From sequence record MK327937.1: a stretch of DNA of 64,000 nucleotides, one strand, 5' to 3'. Under the pieces are notes generated by a model that was given only the letters and a program-made list of their open reading frames with translations, was not told the origin of the DNA and ran no database searches. This DNA comes from Escherichia phage vB_EcoM_G10400. Of the stretch, positions 1 to 7,938 are shown one piece after another. Position 1 is the first letter of the stretch. Each line of letters starts with the position of its first letter. A program made the translations under genes and the position numbers.

Positions 1-263
1 AACAACTGTAGGTCTTTATTACTAGAATATTTAAATACACCTAGGTCTTCTAGAAGGTCTGGATTATAATTGCTAAAACCGGTCTCTTCTAAACATTCTC
101 TTCGTGCTGCATCTAATGCGCTTAAATCAGAATTTTCTACACGGCCCTTTGGAATATCCCAACGATGTGCCATCATTCCAGGCTTACGAGAACCAGTAAC
201 CCGACCCATAAATAAATCTTTATCTTCTGTCATAAAAATAATACCAGCTGATAATGTTTTCAT
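1..263 (-). CDS. nudE: Nudix hydrolase (T4 NudE/e.1-like); start codon at 263, 3' end beyond the window
   Basis: Minus-strand translation from ATG (rc of 261-263) gives MKTLSAGIIFMTEDKD...GRVENSDLSALDAARRECLEETG, a Nudix box. Not in the ORF track because it is truncated by the window edge. Confidence 0.7.
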   Translation of the reverse strand, partial: MKTLSAGIIFMTEDKDLFMGRVTGSRKPGMMAHRWDIPKGRVENSDLSALDAARRECLEETGFSNYNPDLLEDLGVFKYSSNKDLQL

Positions 264-748
264 TTTAATTTCCTGCATTCAGTGATAAAGTTATTTAAAT
301 TTTGAGTATATTTCTTTTCATCAAAAATCTTTTGCTGTCTGCGTAACCGCCATGGCATTTCAATGAACGCGCACCATATCCCAGATAATATTGCTGCTGT
401 CAAAATATTAACAAGCATAATTAAAAGAATCCAATCTCCTGTTCTGCCTATTGGACTTTCTCCAAAGAAGCAAAATACGAATGATGACACAGGAAGACTA
501 ATAATATACCACAGAATCATAATTTTATTTGTAAACCAATCAGCATTTGTTAACTTAGCGCGACCGTTTTGAATACATACGAACTTATCATCTGTTATAG
601 TAGATGGCTTAGCTGCTTGATATCCCATTCTAAACTCCCTAATCAAACAAATTTTCATATCTTCGGAACAACCATTCCAGTCAACTCTATCAACTGAAAT
701 GCCATCATCCCCATCATCTAAATCATACCAGCGAGTTTTTAAAATCAT
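260..748 (-). CDS. hypothetical small membrane protein (early region)
   Basis: 162-aa ORF with two hydrophobic segments (IMILWYIISLPVSSFVFCFF, WILLIMLVNILTAAILSGIW); tightly packed with neighbours. Confidence 0.5.
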   Translation of the reverse strand: MILKTRWYDLDDGDDGISVDRVDWNGCSEDMKICLIREFRMGYQAAKPSTITDDKFVCIQNGRAKLTNADWFTNKIMILWYIISLPVSSFVFCFFGESPIGRTGDWILLIMLVNILTAAILSGIWCAFIEMPWRLRRQQKIFDEKKYTQNLNNFITECRKLK

Positions 749-1107
749 TTAATTTTCCTACAATCACTCACAAACTCTTCCATTGATTCTTTTTCAATAT
801 AAGACATGTAGCTATTATATTCTTTTAATTGTATTTTGTAATCTTTTTTTCTTTGCCAATTTATTTTAAAATTATCATAATGAAAATATAACATGGTACC
901 AAAGAATGAAAATAATGAAATCGCTATAGTATAACGAAGTTCACTCCAAACCTCTGTTATAATTACTGTGCCGTCAATGTTTAAAATAAAACAGTCAATT
1001 AACAATCCAATAAGACTACCCGCAAGAGCTGCAAATACTGATACAGCAAGAATTAATAGTGACTCAGGAAACGAATATTTGACTTTATTTAATTTTGGCT
1101 TTTGCAT
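745..1107 (-). CDS. hypothetical small membrane protein
   Basis: 120-aa ORF with hydrophobic segments (LLILAVSVFAALAGSLIGLLI); 4-bp overlap with the downstream gene. Confidence 0.5.
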   Translation of the reverse strand: MQKPKLNKVKYSFPESLLILAVSVFAALAGSLIGLLIDCFILNIDGTVIITEVWSELRYTIAISLFSFFGTMLYFHYDNFKINWQRKKDYKIQLKEYNSYMSYIEKESMEEFVSDCRKIK

Positions 1108-1502
1108 CGTGATTCCTTAACAAATTTCATAATTTCATCAAATTCATACATATCAAGTTTAAGCTGATGTTCTTTTTTAATCTTTTTGCACTGGGCTTTC
1201 CAATCACGTACACGTTTACGATAGTGTCTTCCTTGATACCAGTATCCTATCCAATTTATAGGTACTAATAAAATTGGAACTACAAATGGAAGAATTAGCG
1301 TTGACGCAAATATTGTATTAGATTCAATATCAGTCATAACGTCTATAACCATTCCAGCAATCAGCAGAATCACAAATGATACAGCTACCACAGGACCTAT
1401 TAACACATCAGTAGAAATTATCTGACGCTTTAATTCATACTTCAACGGTTTACTTGGAAGGTATAGTGATGGTTTTGACATATTCTCTGCATTCCTTAAC
1501 AA
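1089..1502 (-). CDS. hypothetical small membrane protein
   Basis: 137-aa ORF with hydrophobic segments (VAVSFVILLIAGMVI, ILPFVVPILLVPINWIGYW). Confidence 0.5.
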   Translation of the reverse strand: MLRNAENMSKPSLYLPSKPLKYELKRQIISTDVLIGPVVAVSFVILLIAGMVIDVMTDIESNTIFASTLILPFVVPILLVPINWIGYWYQGRHYRKRVRDWKAQCKKIKKEHQLKLDMYEFDEIMKFVKESRCKSQN

Positions 1503-2055
1503 ATTTTTCTAATAATAAATCGCTTTCAAAATTGGGATTTTCTACGAATTTATCAAAAAGATCATCAACAATAGTTAAGATATTCTTTTTACTAAGAATA
1601 CGTTTATTTTCATGCTTCGTTTCAGAATCAACTATAAGAGTAAAGAAATATTTCTTGCCCTGAAATTTTACAGTAGTATCAATATAAAATAAATTTGACT
1701 TTTGTAAATTACGTTTAAACCATGTGTCACTTAAACTATAAATACCGAGATAATCATAATCGTCGTTTAAATAACATACTGTCCATTCAGGAGAAATGAA
1801 ATCAGTAAATTCAACATCAAAATCACACGTCAATGAATGAATTGATTCAATACTGTTAATAAGTATTCCAGGACGTATTAAAGACTTTTTACCTTTATAA
1901 AATCCAGAAAGACTTTCATCAGTTTCATATGAAGAACCCCAATAATAATTACGTCCTTCTGCCATACGTTTAAGAGCATTTAGTAATTGGTCTGGAACAT
2001 CAACCTGTCTTTGAAACTCTTCAAACATTGAATTGAAATCACTTTGCATTTTCAT
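1450..2055 (-). CDS. hypothetical protein
   Basis: 201-aa ORF in a co-oriented gene array; followed by GC hairpin ggggcccgaagcccc (~2077-2091). Confidence 0.5.
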   Translation of the reverse strand: MKMQSDFNSMFEEFQRQVDVPDQLLNALKRMAEGRNYYWGSSYETDESLSGFYKGKKSLIRPGILINSIESIHSLTCDFDVEFTDFISPEWTVCYLNDDYDYLGIYSLSDTWFKRNLQKSNLFYIDTTVKFQGKKYFFTLIVDSETKHENKRILSKKNILTIVDDLFDKFVENPNFESDLLLEKFVKECREYVKTITIPSK

Positions 2056-2097
2056 TCCTATTTACTCCAAGTAATAGGGGCCCGAAGCCCCTTATCA

Positions 2098-2691
2098 TTA
2101 TTTCAGAGAATTAATATATTCCTGAACATCGGCAGAGGTAGTTTCAACCCCAGAAATATTACCATTAAAGGTTTCAACTCGAGCAAGAGTATCTTCAATA
2201 TCAACCTTAGTCAGTGCTGCAATTTCAACTACATCATCAGCAGTACTAATTCCAAGGGCATTCGCTGCACGAGTTTCACGGATATATTCCAATTTAACCG
2301 CAAGTTCTTGACGAGCATCATCTAACTCAACTACTTTCTTGGCGATTTCAATTCGCATTTCAGCATAACCGTCAGCCTTAGTAGTCAACTGCTCAGCTGT
2401 TCGACGATATAGTAAACCGAGTTTAGCATGCATTGTTACATCTTGACCTTCGGAAAGAAGCTTGCGAATTTCACGCTCTTTTGATTCGGCTTGCTTATTC
2501 TTTTCGACAATAAGTTCACGAATACGCTTTTCTTCATTAATAGATTTAACGGAAGCAGTTTTTAGATCTTTAATCTTATCAAGTAGTTTTGCTGCCGCAG
2601 CAGTATACTGTTCTTCAACAGATAGATTTTTAGCCATAGCAGAACCAAGTTTAGTGCGAATAAACTCAACAATTTTCTTCAGTGTGTTCAT
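2098..2691 (-). CDS. hypothetical coiled-coil protein (heptad-rich; possibly PspA/IM30-like, unverified)
   Basis: 197-aa ORF rich in K/E/A/L heptads; preceded on minus strand by a GTTTAC -35 and TATTAT -10 early-promoter-like element. Confidence 0.5.
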
Positions 2692-2748
2692 AGTATTTCC
2701 TTAGGTTGGTATAATTAGATAATATCACGTTTCTAATAGATTGTAAAC

Positions 2749-3084
2749 TTATTCTTCGTCTAGCTCGTCGATAAAGGCGTTGATGGCCTCGATAACGGCA
2801 TCATTGATAGCTAATAAAATAAAATCATCGTCAGTACCTTTAGAAGATTCTAAAGCATTGATATATGCTTGGTTGGCGAGTTCCCAAGCCTTTTTAAAAT
2901 AAGGAGCTTCATCATCAGGACAAATATCCCGCACGCCTTCAAAGATACGTTTGGCATAATCTAACACCCATTGTACAGGCATGTTTTGAGAACGTTCGTT
3001 AAACTCTTTAAAGTCCTTAGATTCAAAAAGCTCTTCAGGATAATTATTTCTATTACAAAAAGCTTTGCTAAAATTACGTTTCAT
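2749..3084 (-). CDS. hypothetical protein
   Basis: 111-aa acidic ORF; early-promoter cassette upstream at 3111-3140. Confidence 0.5.
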   Translation of the reverse strand: MKRNFSKAFCNRNNYPEELFESKDFKEFNERSQNMPVQWVLDYAKRIFEGVRDICPDDEAPYFKKAWELANQAYINALESSKGTDDDFILLAINDAVIEAINAFIDELDEE

Positions 3085-3140
3085 AATGTTTTCCTCATTT
3101 GTATAGGCTCATAATATCTCAATCATGAGCCTATGTAAAC

Positions 3141-3416
3141 TTATTTCATATTATTGAAATATTCTTCTGCGATTTCATCGTTATCATGGTAAACTTTAGA
3201 AGACAGTTTAACATAACCTTCAGCAGTGAACATGTTAATCACAACCTTTACAGTATACCACTGACCATCTTCATTACCCATTACTGCGTAAGTTTCAAAC
3301 ATCGGATGATCAGGACCGATAACTTTAATATCATTCACTGTACGACCGAAATCTTCTGAAACACATTTCATAAAGAAGTTGAACAGTTCGCCGTAATTAT
3401 CCATTTCGTTCTCCAA
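3141..3416 (-). CDS. hypothetical protein
   Basis: 91-aa ORF; early-promoter cassette upstream at 3448-3477. Confidence 0.5.
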   Translation of the reverse strand: MENEMDNYGELFNFFMKCVSEDFGRTVNDIKVIGPDHPMFETYAVMGNEDGQWYTVKVVINMFTAEGYVKLSSKVYHDNDEIAEEYFNNMK

Positions 3417-3605
3417 GTTGTTTTCTGTATCAGTAGTTGATAGTTGTATAGTACCATGGAAGAACAGGGATGTAAACAGTTTTGTGAAAAAATTTTTAAA
3501 AAGTTTTAGGGAATTCTAGGGTCAGGAGGGGCAATTAAAAGATAGGATAATATATTATAAAGGGTAGAAACTAAATGATGCCTAGAGAGGCCCGGAAAGG
3601 CCTAG

Positions 3606-3641
3606 ATACCAAAAAGCCCCAACCTTTTGGTCGGGGCTAAG
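3606..3641 (-). terminator. intrinsic terminator hairpin, copy A of a 36-bp repeat
   Basis: ataccaaaaagccccaaccttttggtcggggctaag: on minus strand a GC stem (gcccc/ggggc) followed by a T-run; 35/36 identical to 4165-4200. Confidence 0.6.
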
Positions 3642-3645
3642 AATG

Positions 3646-4119
3646 TTATTTGATTTGTTTAGCAGACCAAATGCGGTCTTTAATAATTTTTTGGATGTCT
3701 TCAACATACTCAAGAGAGTGAGCATGTGGGTTATCTTTGAAACTATAAGCACGAGCTAGCTTTTGGCCTTCAGTTTTGATTACTAAAAGCTCTTTAAGGA
3801 TAGCTTCATATTTAGAGATAATTCCTTTAACAATATTTTTTTCTTGTGCAGCTTTAGGATCTGCTTTAGGAGCAGGTTTACCTGAAGCCTTTGCAAAAGC
3901 AGCGCCAGTAGCAACTAAACTTTTCCAGGCCATACTAACTGCATTTCCCGTAAATCCTTCCGCTTTCATGTCGCGTGCGAACTGGAATCGCGATTCATCA
4001 GAAGCATCTTTATAAGAATATTTACCCGCTGCAATGGCTGCTTTTGCGACAGCTTGAATTTCGGTGCTAGATGCTTCATTTAACACCGCTTCATTTAAAA
4101 ATTGAGTATATGATTTCAT
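3646..4119 (-). CDS. candidate capsid-targeted internal protein (IP-like; N-terminal CTS-like MKSYTQFLNEA with LxE cleavage motifs)
   Basis: 157-aa ORF whose N-terminus resembles the T4 internal-protein capsid-targeting sequence (MKTYQEF-like) with two LNE/A putative gp21 sites; own TATAAATA late promoter on minus strand at 4160-4167; flanked by 36-bp terminator repeats. Confidence 0.5.
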   Translation of the reverse strand: MKSYTQFLNEAVLNEASSTEIQAVAKAAIAAGKYSYKDASDESRFQFARDMKAEGFTGNAVSMAWKSLVATGAAFAKASGKPAPKADPKAAQEKNIVKGIISKYEAILKELLVIKTEGQKLARAYSFKDNPHAHSLEYVEDIQKIIKDRIWSAKQIK

Positions 4120-4159
4120 CTTATTTCCTGTTTTAATTTGTAGATATTTAATATACTAA

Positions 4160-4167
4160 TATTTATA
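4160..4167 (-). promoter_or_regulatory. T4-type late promoter (TATAAATA) for ORF 3646-4119
   Basis: Plus strand tatttata = TATAAATA on minus strand, ~40 nt upstream of the ATG at 4119. Confidence 0.5.
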
Positions 4168-4200
4168 CCAAAAAGCCCCAACCTTTCGGTCGGGGCTAAG
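4165..4200 (-). terminator. intrinsic terminator hairpin, copy B of the 36-bp repeat (end of tRNA/stable-RNA transcript)
   Basis: ataccaaaaagccccaacctttcggtcggggctaag; hairpin plus T-run on minus strand. Confidence 0.6.
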
Positions 4201-4510
4201 CCTTGCGGCAACCTTGTCGGGGTTCCACCTGCTAAGGCAAGTGTTTGTACGAAACGCCGGGATTCGAACCCGGTTATTAAGCAGTTGACGCTACTCAATA
4301 TTTTTAAAAGGCCATATCTCGACCATATCCGAACGTTCCGTCAAAAACACTACTCGGCTTACGGCAAAGATATTTCCTCGAATCGATAATTCGGTGCGCC
4401 GTTTCTGCTGTGATGTAAGAGGGCATCAATAAACGCAAAGATTATTAACGCAATTCCTTACTCAGGGAACATCAGTCCGACGACTTGCCGGTAGCGACCC
4501 GGCTTCTTGT
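4201..4510 (-). ncRNA. tRNA-like stable RNA(s), by position equivalent to T4 species 1/2 RNAs (rnaC/rnaD); boundaries approximate
   Basis: ~310 nt with no credible ORF between tRNA-Arg and the terminator; contains a T-arm-like element (rc of gggattcgaacccgg) but no complete cloverleaf. Confidence 0.35.
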
Positions 4511-4511
4511 C

Positions 4512-4587
4512 TGGTCGAGGCAGTAGGGATCGAACCTACGACCCAGGACTTAGAAGGTCCTTGCTCTTCCTTCTGAGCTATGCCCCG
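4512..4587 (-). tRNA. tRNA-Arg (anticodon UCU), CCA encoded
   Basis: Minus-strand CGGGGCATAGCTCAG...CCTTCTAAGTCC...GGTTCGATCCCTACTGCCTCGACCA; 7-bp acceptor stem, T-loop, anticodon loop CTTCTAA. Confidence 0.85.
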
Positions 4588-4590
4588 TAA

Positions 4591-5256
4591 TTAAAATTTC
4601 ATTTTTCGACCTTTAAACCATCCTTCTGGAATTGGGTCAGTTTTCTTAATACGTTTAGAAACTTTTTCATCTAATGAATGAATCCACATCATGCCAAATT
4701 GGGAATTCTTTTCACCTTGTTGGTGTTTATTTCTGGCGTGAGATTCTTTCATTTTATTAATAGTTTCAGGAGTATGGGTCTTACCCAAGAAAGATTTAGT
4801 ATTTAAAAATTTCTCTCTATACTTAGGATTATCCCAAAGCTGTTTAAACCTTTCTGAACCCATTTTACGATATTTTTCTTTAAGGTCTGGGTCGTTCTCA
4901 AATCTGGTTTTAAAAGCGGCAGCTCCTTTTAAGGAAGCTTCTTTCTTTTTATCCAAATATTCTTTAGTGTTTAAATGGTCCCAACCACCTTCACCACCTA
5001 ATTTCAAATTATAAACATCAGAGCGCTTTAAAAACTCTTCAGTCACAATATTCTTTTCTGACTCAAACATAGAGGTTTTATCGTCAAAGAACTCTAATAT
5101 TTCTTTAGAAAAATTTTCTATACCATACTTATCTTGGGCTCTTTTTAATAATTTACCAGAACCCATATATCCATCATCTAAATTTTCGGTAGAATGAGCG
5201 CCTATATAGATTTTATTATTAATTTTATTTGTTATTTTATAAATGTAATGGAACAT
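4591..5256 (-). CDS. segB: GIY-YIG homing endonuclease (SegB-like) inside the tRNA cluster
   Basis: 221-aa ORF, N-terminus MFHYIYKITNKINNKIYIGAHS...GYMGSG (GIY-YIG motif); position between tRNA-Ile and tRNA-Arg as in T4. Confidence 0.8.
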   Translation of the reverse strand: MFHYIYKITNKINNKIYIGAHSTENLDDGYMGSGKLLKRAQDKYGIENFSKEILEFFDDKTSMFESEKNIVTEEFLKRSDVYNLKLGGEGGWDHLNTKEYLDKKKEASLKGAAAFKTRFENDPDLKEKYRKMGSERFKQLWDNPKYREKFLNTKSFLGKTHTPETINKMKESHARNKHQQGEKNSQFGMMWIHSLDEKVSKRIKKTDPIPEGWFKGRKMKF

Positions 5257-5297
5257 AAATATCTCCTATTTCTAAGAGTATTTATGTTCTCAAAATA

Positions 5298-5369
5298 TGG
5301 CCCTGGGTGGAATTGAACCACCATCTGGCGATTATGAGTCGCTTGCTTGAACCTTCCAGCTACAGGGCC
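5298..5369 (-). tRNA. tRNA with CAU anticodon (Ile, lysidine type as in T4, or Met)
   Basis: Minus-strand GGCCCTGTAGCTGG...GCGACTCATAATCGCC...GGTGGTTCAATTCCACCCAGGGCCA; anticodon loop CTCATAA; coordinates +/-2. Confidence 0.75.
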
Positions 5370-5375
5370 TTGATA

Positions 5376-5448
5376 TGCTGATTGACGGAATCGAACCGCC
5401 GACGTCCTCATTACAAGTGAGGTGCTCTACCTACTGAGCTAAATCAGC
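5376..5448 (-). tRNA. tRNA-Thr (anticodon UGU)
   Basis: Minus-strand GCTGATTTAGCTCAGTAGGTAGAGCACCTCACTTGTAATGAGG...GGTTCGATTCCGTCAATCAGCA. Confidence 0.85.
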
Positions 5449-5455
5449 GAAATTA

Positions 5456-5542
5456 CGGAGGCGATAGGATTTGAACCTATGAGTCGCCGGAGCGACTGCC
5501 GGTTTTCAAGACCGGTGCATTAAACCACTCTGCCACGCCTCC
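5456..5542 (-). tRNA. tRNA-Ser (anticodon UGA), long variable arm
   Basis: Minus-strand GGAGGCGTGGCAGAGTGG...GGTCTTGAAAACC...GGTTCAAATCCTATCGCCTCCG; abuts tRNA-Pro like the T4 Pro-Ser dimeric precursor. Confidence 0.85.
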
Positions 5543-5544
5543 AG

Positions 5545-5618
5545 TCTCCGCGGCAGGATTTGAACCTACGACATTCTGCTCCCAAAGCAGATGCTCTACC
5601 AAACTGAGCTACACGGAG
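5545..5618 (-). tRNA. tRNA-Pro (anticodon UGG)
   Basis: Minus-strand CTCCGTGTAGCTCAGTTTGGTAGAGCATCTGCTTTGGGAGCAGA...GGTTCAAATCCTGCCGCGGAGA. Confidence 0.85.
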
Positions 5619-5630
5619 TAAATTAAATTT

Positions 5631-5702
<72 letters not shown>

Positions 5703-5708
5703 AAACTT

Positions 5709-5795
5709 TGGTACGAGAAGTGGGACTCGAACCCACAAGGAAATCATTCCGCAGCATTTTAAGTGCTGTGCCTTTACCAATTTGACCATTCTCGC
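5709..5795 (-). tRNA. tRNA-Leu (anticodon UAA), long variable arm, CCA encoded
   Basis: Minus-strand GCGAGAATGGTCAAATTGGTAAAGGCACAGCACTTAAAATGCTG...GGGTTCGAGTCCCACTTCTCGTACCA. Confidence 0.85.
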
Positions 5796-5801
5796 GCTAT
5801 A

Positions 5802-6434
5802 TTATTTATTACGTGAAAAAGACTGTTCTATCAATTCTGGACACTTTCGTTCTATCCATTTTCTAGCTTTTTGTGGGCTTATACCTATTATTTTAGCAGC
5901 TTTACTAACCCATCCAAATTTAGAATAATCGATTTTAACTAATTCTTCGTAAATTTCATCAGTTAAAATCTTTTCATTAATATTTACCAGTAAATGATAT
6001 AATTTATTATCATTAGCAATTTTAATGAATCTTTTATAGTTTCCGCCTTTACTTAAACCTAATGAAGTAATTGCAGATGATATAGTAGCCGAATTTAATA
6101 GTGCGTTTAAAATTTCTTCATCACTAACATTATAACGCTTTTTATTATTTTTAATATTTTTACCAGCAAAAGTATCAGTTTGCGAATGGCAATTTGGACA
6201 TAATAATCTTAAATTTGATTTAAGATGATTTTTGTTATTTCCATCAATATGGTCTAATTGCAGAACAATATGCTTATTTTGCCATTTTGAAATTTTACAA
6301 ATTGCACACTCATATGGAAAAATATTTTCTTTTATTATTTTGTCTTTCAGCTTTCCTGTACTAAAATTTGGATGTTTTCCTTCAAAAATTTCAGCTAATT
6401 TAGTATCCATAATATGATTCCCAATTATTAACAA
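5802..6434 (-). CDS. HNH homing endonuclease-like protein, directly upstream of the tRNA cluster
   Basis: 210-aa ORF with HNH motif region LQLDHIDGNNKNHLKSNLRLLCPNCHSQTD and paired CxxC residues; stop codon 6 nt from the tRNA-Leu 5' end. Confidence 0.7.
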   Translation of the reverse strand: MLIIGNHIMDTKLAEIFEGKHPNFSTGKLKDKIIKENIFPYECAICKISKWQNKHIVLQLDHIDGNNKNHLKSNLRLLCPNCHSQTDTFAGKNIKNNKKRYNVSDEEILNALLNSATISSAITSLGLSKGGNYKRFIKIANDNKLYHLLVNINEKILTDEIYEELVKIDYSKFGWVSKAAKIIGISPQKARKWIERKCPELIEQSFSRNK

Positions 6435-6520
6435 AGGCTCTCAAACAAGAACCCTTGATGATAGAGGGTATTAATCAGTGCGGTATGAGTTAATAATAAC
6501 AAATAATTCTTAAAGCATAT

Positions 6521-6808
6521 TTACCATTTATGATAATACATATTTACGATGCATTCAAGGCCCAAAGGATTCCTGAAAATATCATATTCAAGAGGACCTT
6601 TTTCTGTTTCAATAAAGAAATCAAAATTTACTGTATTAAATTTACGGTCTTCCTTCACTAATTTAACTTGGGAAGATGAACGGTCAACATAAACCTTTTC
6701 AACTTCAAAACACGTTAAAACGCCATAATCATCAATCAAGGCTTTAGCCGCGTCTTGATCATATTTATATCCATTTTCAATGGACGATACTTTTGCATAA
6801 AGAATCAT
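6521..6808 (-). CDS. hypothetical protein (probable ATG start at 6808; the track start at 6814 is GTG)
   Basis: ~95-aa ORF beginning MILYAKVSSIENG; its first 7 codons are duplicated as a gene-start fragment at 7241-7261. Confidence 0.5.
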   Translation of the reverse strand: MILYAKVSSIENGYKYDQDAAKALIDDYGVLTCFEVEKVYVDRSSSQVKLVKEDRKFNTVNFDFFIETEKGPLEYDIFRNPLGLECIVNMYYHKW

Positions 6809-6810
6809 TA

Positions 6811-7191
6811 TCACACTCCGTAGTCTATCTTGACCAATCTACCTTTGTAGTAGCCAAAGTTCTTTGGAAAGGCATCATACTCAAAGAAATCACGGTCAAG
6901 CGTTCTGCATTCATCACCATCAACATCATTATAGAGCTTTTGCAAATCAGATTTAAAAAGCTCCTTATCCTCAACTGGCTCTGCTTTGTGCATCACAACC
7001 ATGAGACCAAATCTGTTTGAGTATGCTATTGGGCATAGGTATTTGTTATCATACCCCTTCCACTGACCTTCTGTAAGATTGCTGAGCATACCCTGCACGA
7101 AGTGTTTCCATGTCTTGGGGATAGGGAACTTAATAGCATACTTATGTGTTAGTAGTACCCATCTGGTTCCACCCGATTTAATTAATTTCAT
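6811..7191 (-). CDS. hypothetical protein
   Basis: 126-aa ORF in a co-oriented array; 4-bp overlap with the downstream gene. Confidence 0.5.
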   Translation of the reverse strand: MKLIKSGGTRWVLLTHKYAIKFPIPKTWKHFVQGMLSNLTEGQWKGYDNKYLCPIAYSNRFGLMVVMHKAEPVEDKELFKSDLQKLYNDVDGDECRTLDRDFFEYDAFPKNFGYYKGRLVKIDYGV

Positions 7192-7265
7192 AGTCTCAGC
7201 TACCTCAATATTAATTTAAGCAATATCATTCCTGTAAGGTAGTACTTTAGCATAAAGAATCATTG

Positions 7266-7676
7266 TCAGCCTCTATCAACGATAGCATGAGTATGGGCAT
7301 TTACGATTTGCCACCAGTCGAAACGATTGAAACCATAATCTGGTTTATTTTCATTTTCTTTAATGATATCACGCAGCTTATCTTCTGTTTCAGCATACGC
7401 AATTAAATCATCATATCCACCACAAGGGTAATAATTATCACCTGCGAATAAAAGAAAATTTACCTTAGATGGATTTACATAATAATGGTCTTTAGGATAT
7501 TTAGTTCCTCTCCAATCAGTTACTTCAACATAACGGTAAGAAAATCCATTTTTACTTTCAATCCAACTCCACGCTTCAAAAGGAGTATTAAAAACTTTAT
7601 CAGGTATTAAATTACCTTCAAAATGAGAAGGATTTGCATAATCCCCAGCATAAACATAATATTCGTTAATACTCAT
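7266..7676 (-). CDS. hypothetical protein
   Basis: 136-aa ORF; start is adjacent to the upstream gene's stop (7677). Confidence 0.5.
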   Translation of the reverse strand: MSINEYYVYAGDYANPSHFEGNLIPDKVFNTPFEAWSWIESKNGFSYRYVEVTDWRGTKYPKDHYYVNPSKVNFLLFAGDNYYPCGGYDDLIAYAETEDKLRDIIKENENKPDYGFNRFDWWQIVNAHTHAIVDRG

Positions 7677-7862
7677 TTATTCACCTTTAGAAATTTTATC
7701 CATAACGATAGCAATTAAACCAATTAAAAATGCTACTACAAGTGAAAACGCATTTTCTGCTGTAGTTAATAATCCGCATATAAATCCAACAAACATTGAA
7801 AAACTAAAAGCAGAAGCAGAAATTGCAATAGCAACATTTCGAATTAATTCACAGCGTTTCAT
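7677..7862 (-). CDS. hypothetical small membrane protein
   Basis: 61-aa ORF, largely hydrophobic (FSFSMFVGFICGLLT...LVVAFLIGLIAIV); early-promoter cassette upstream at 7892-7921. Confidence 0.45.
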   Translation of the reverse strand: MKRCELIRNVAIAISASAFSFSMFVGFICGLLTTAENAFSLVVAFLIGLIAIVMDKISKGE

Positions 7863-7938
7863 TTTATTCTCCTCAGTAGTTGATAGGGTAATAGTATCAC
7901 AACTAAAACCCTATGTAAACAACTTTGTGAAAAATTTA

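Noticed and set aside
3606-4200. The two 36-bp repeats considered as a CRISPR-like or mobile-element terminal repeat
   Set aside because: Only two copies, each forming a hairpin plus T-run typical of an intrinsic terminator; no array periodicity and no transposase. Kept as a cassette-flanking terminator repeat instead.
4201-4510. Search for tRNA-Gln within the stable-RNA region
   Set aside because: No cloverleaf with a UUG/CUG anticodon could be folded from either strand; only a partial T-arm-like element is present. The region is left as a low-confidence tRNA-like stable RNA.
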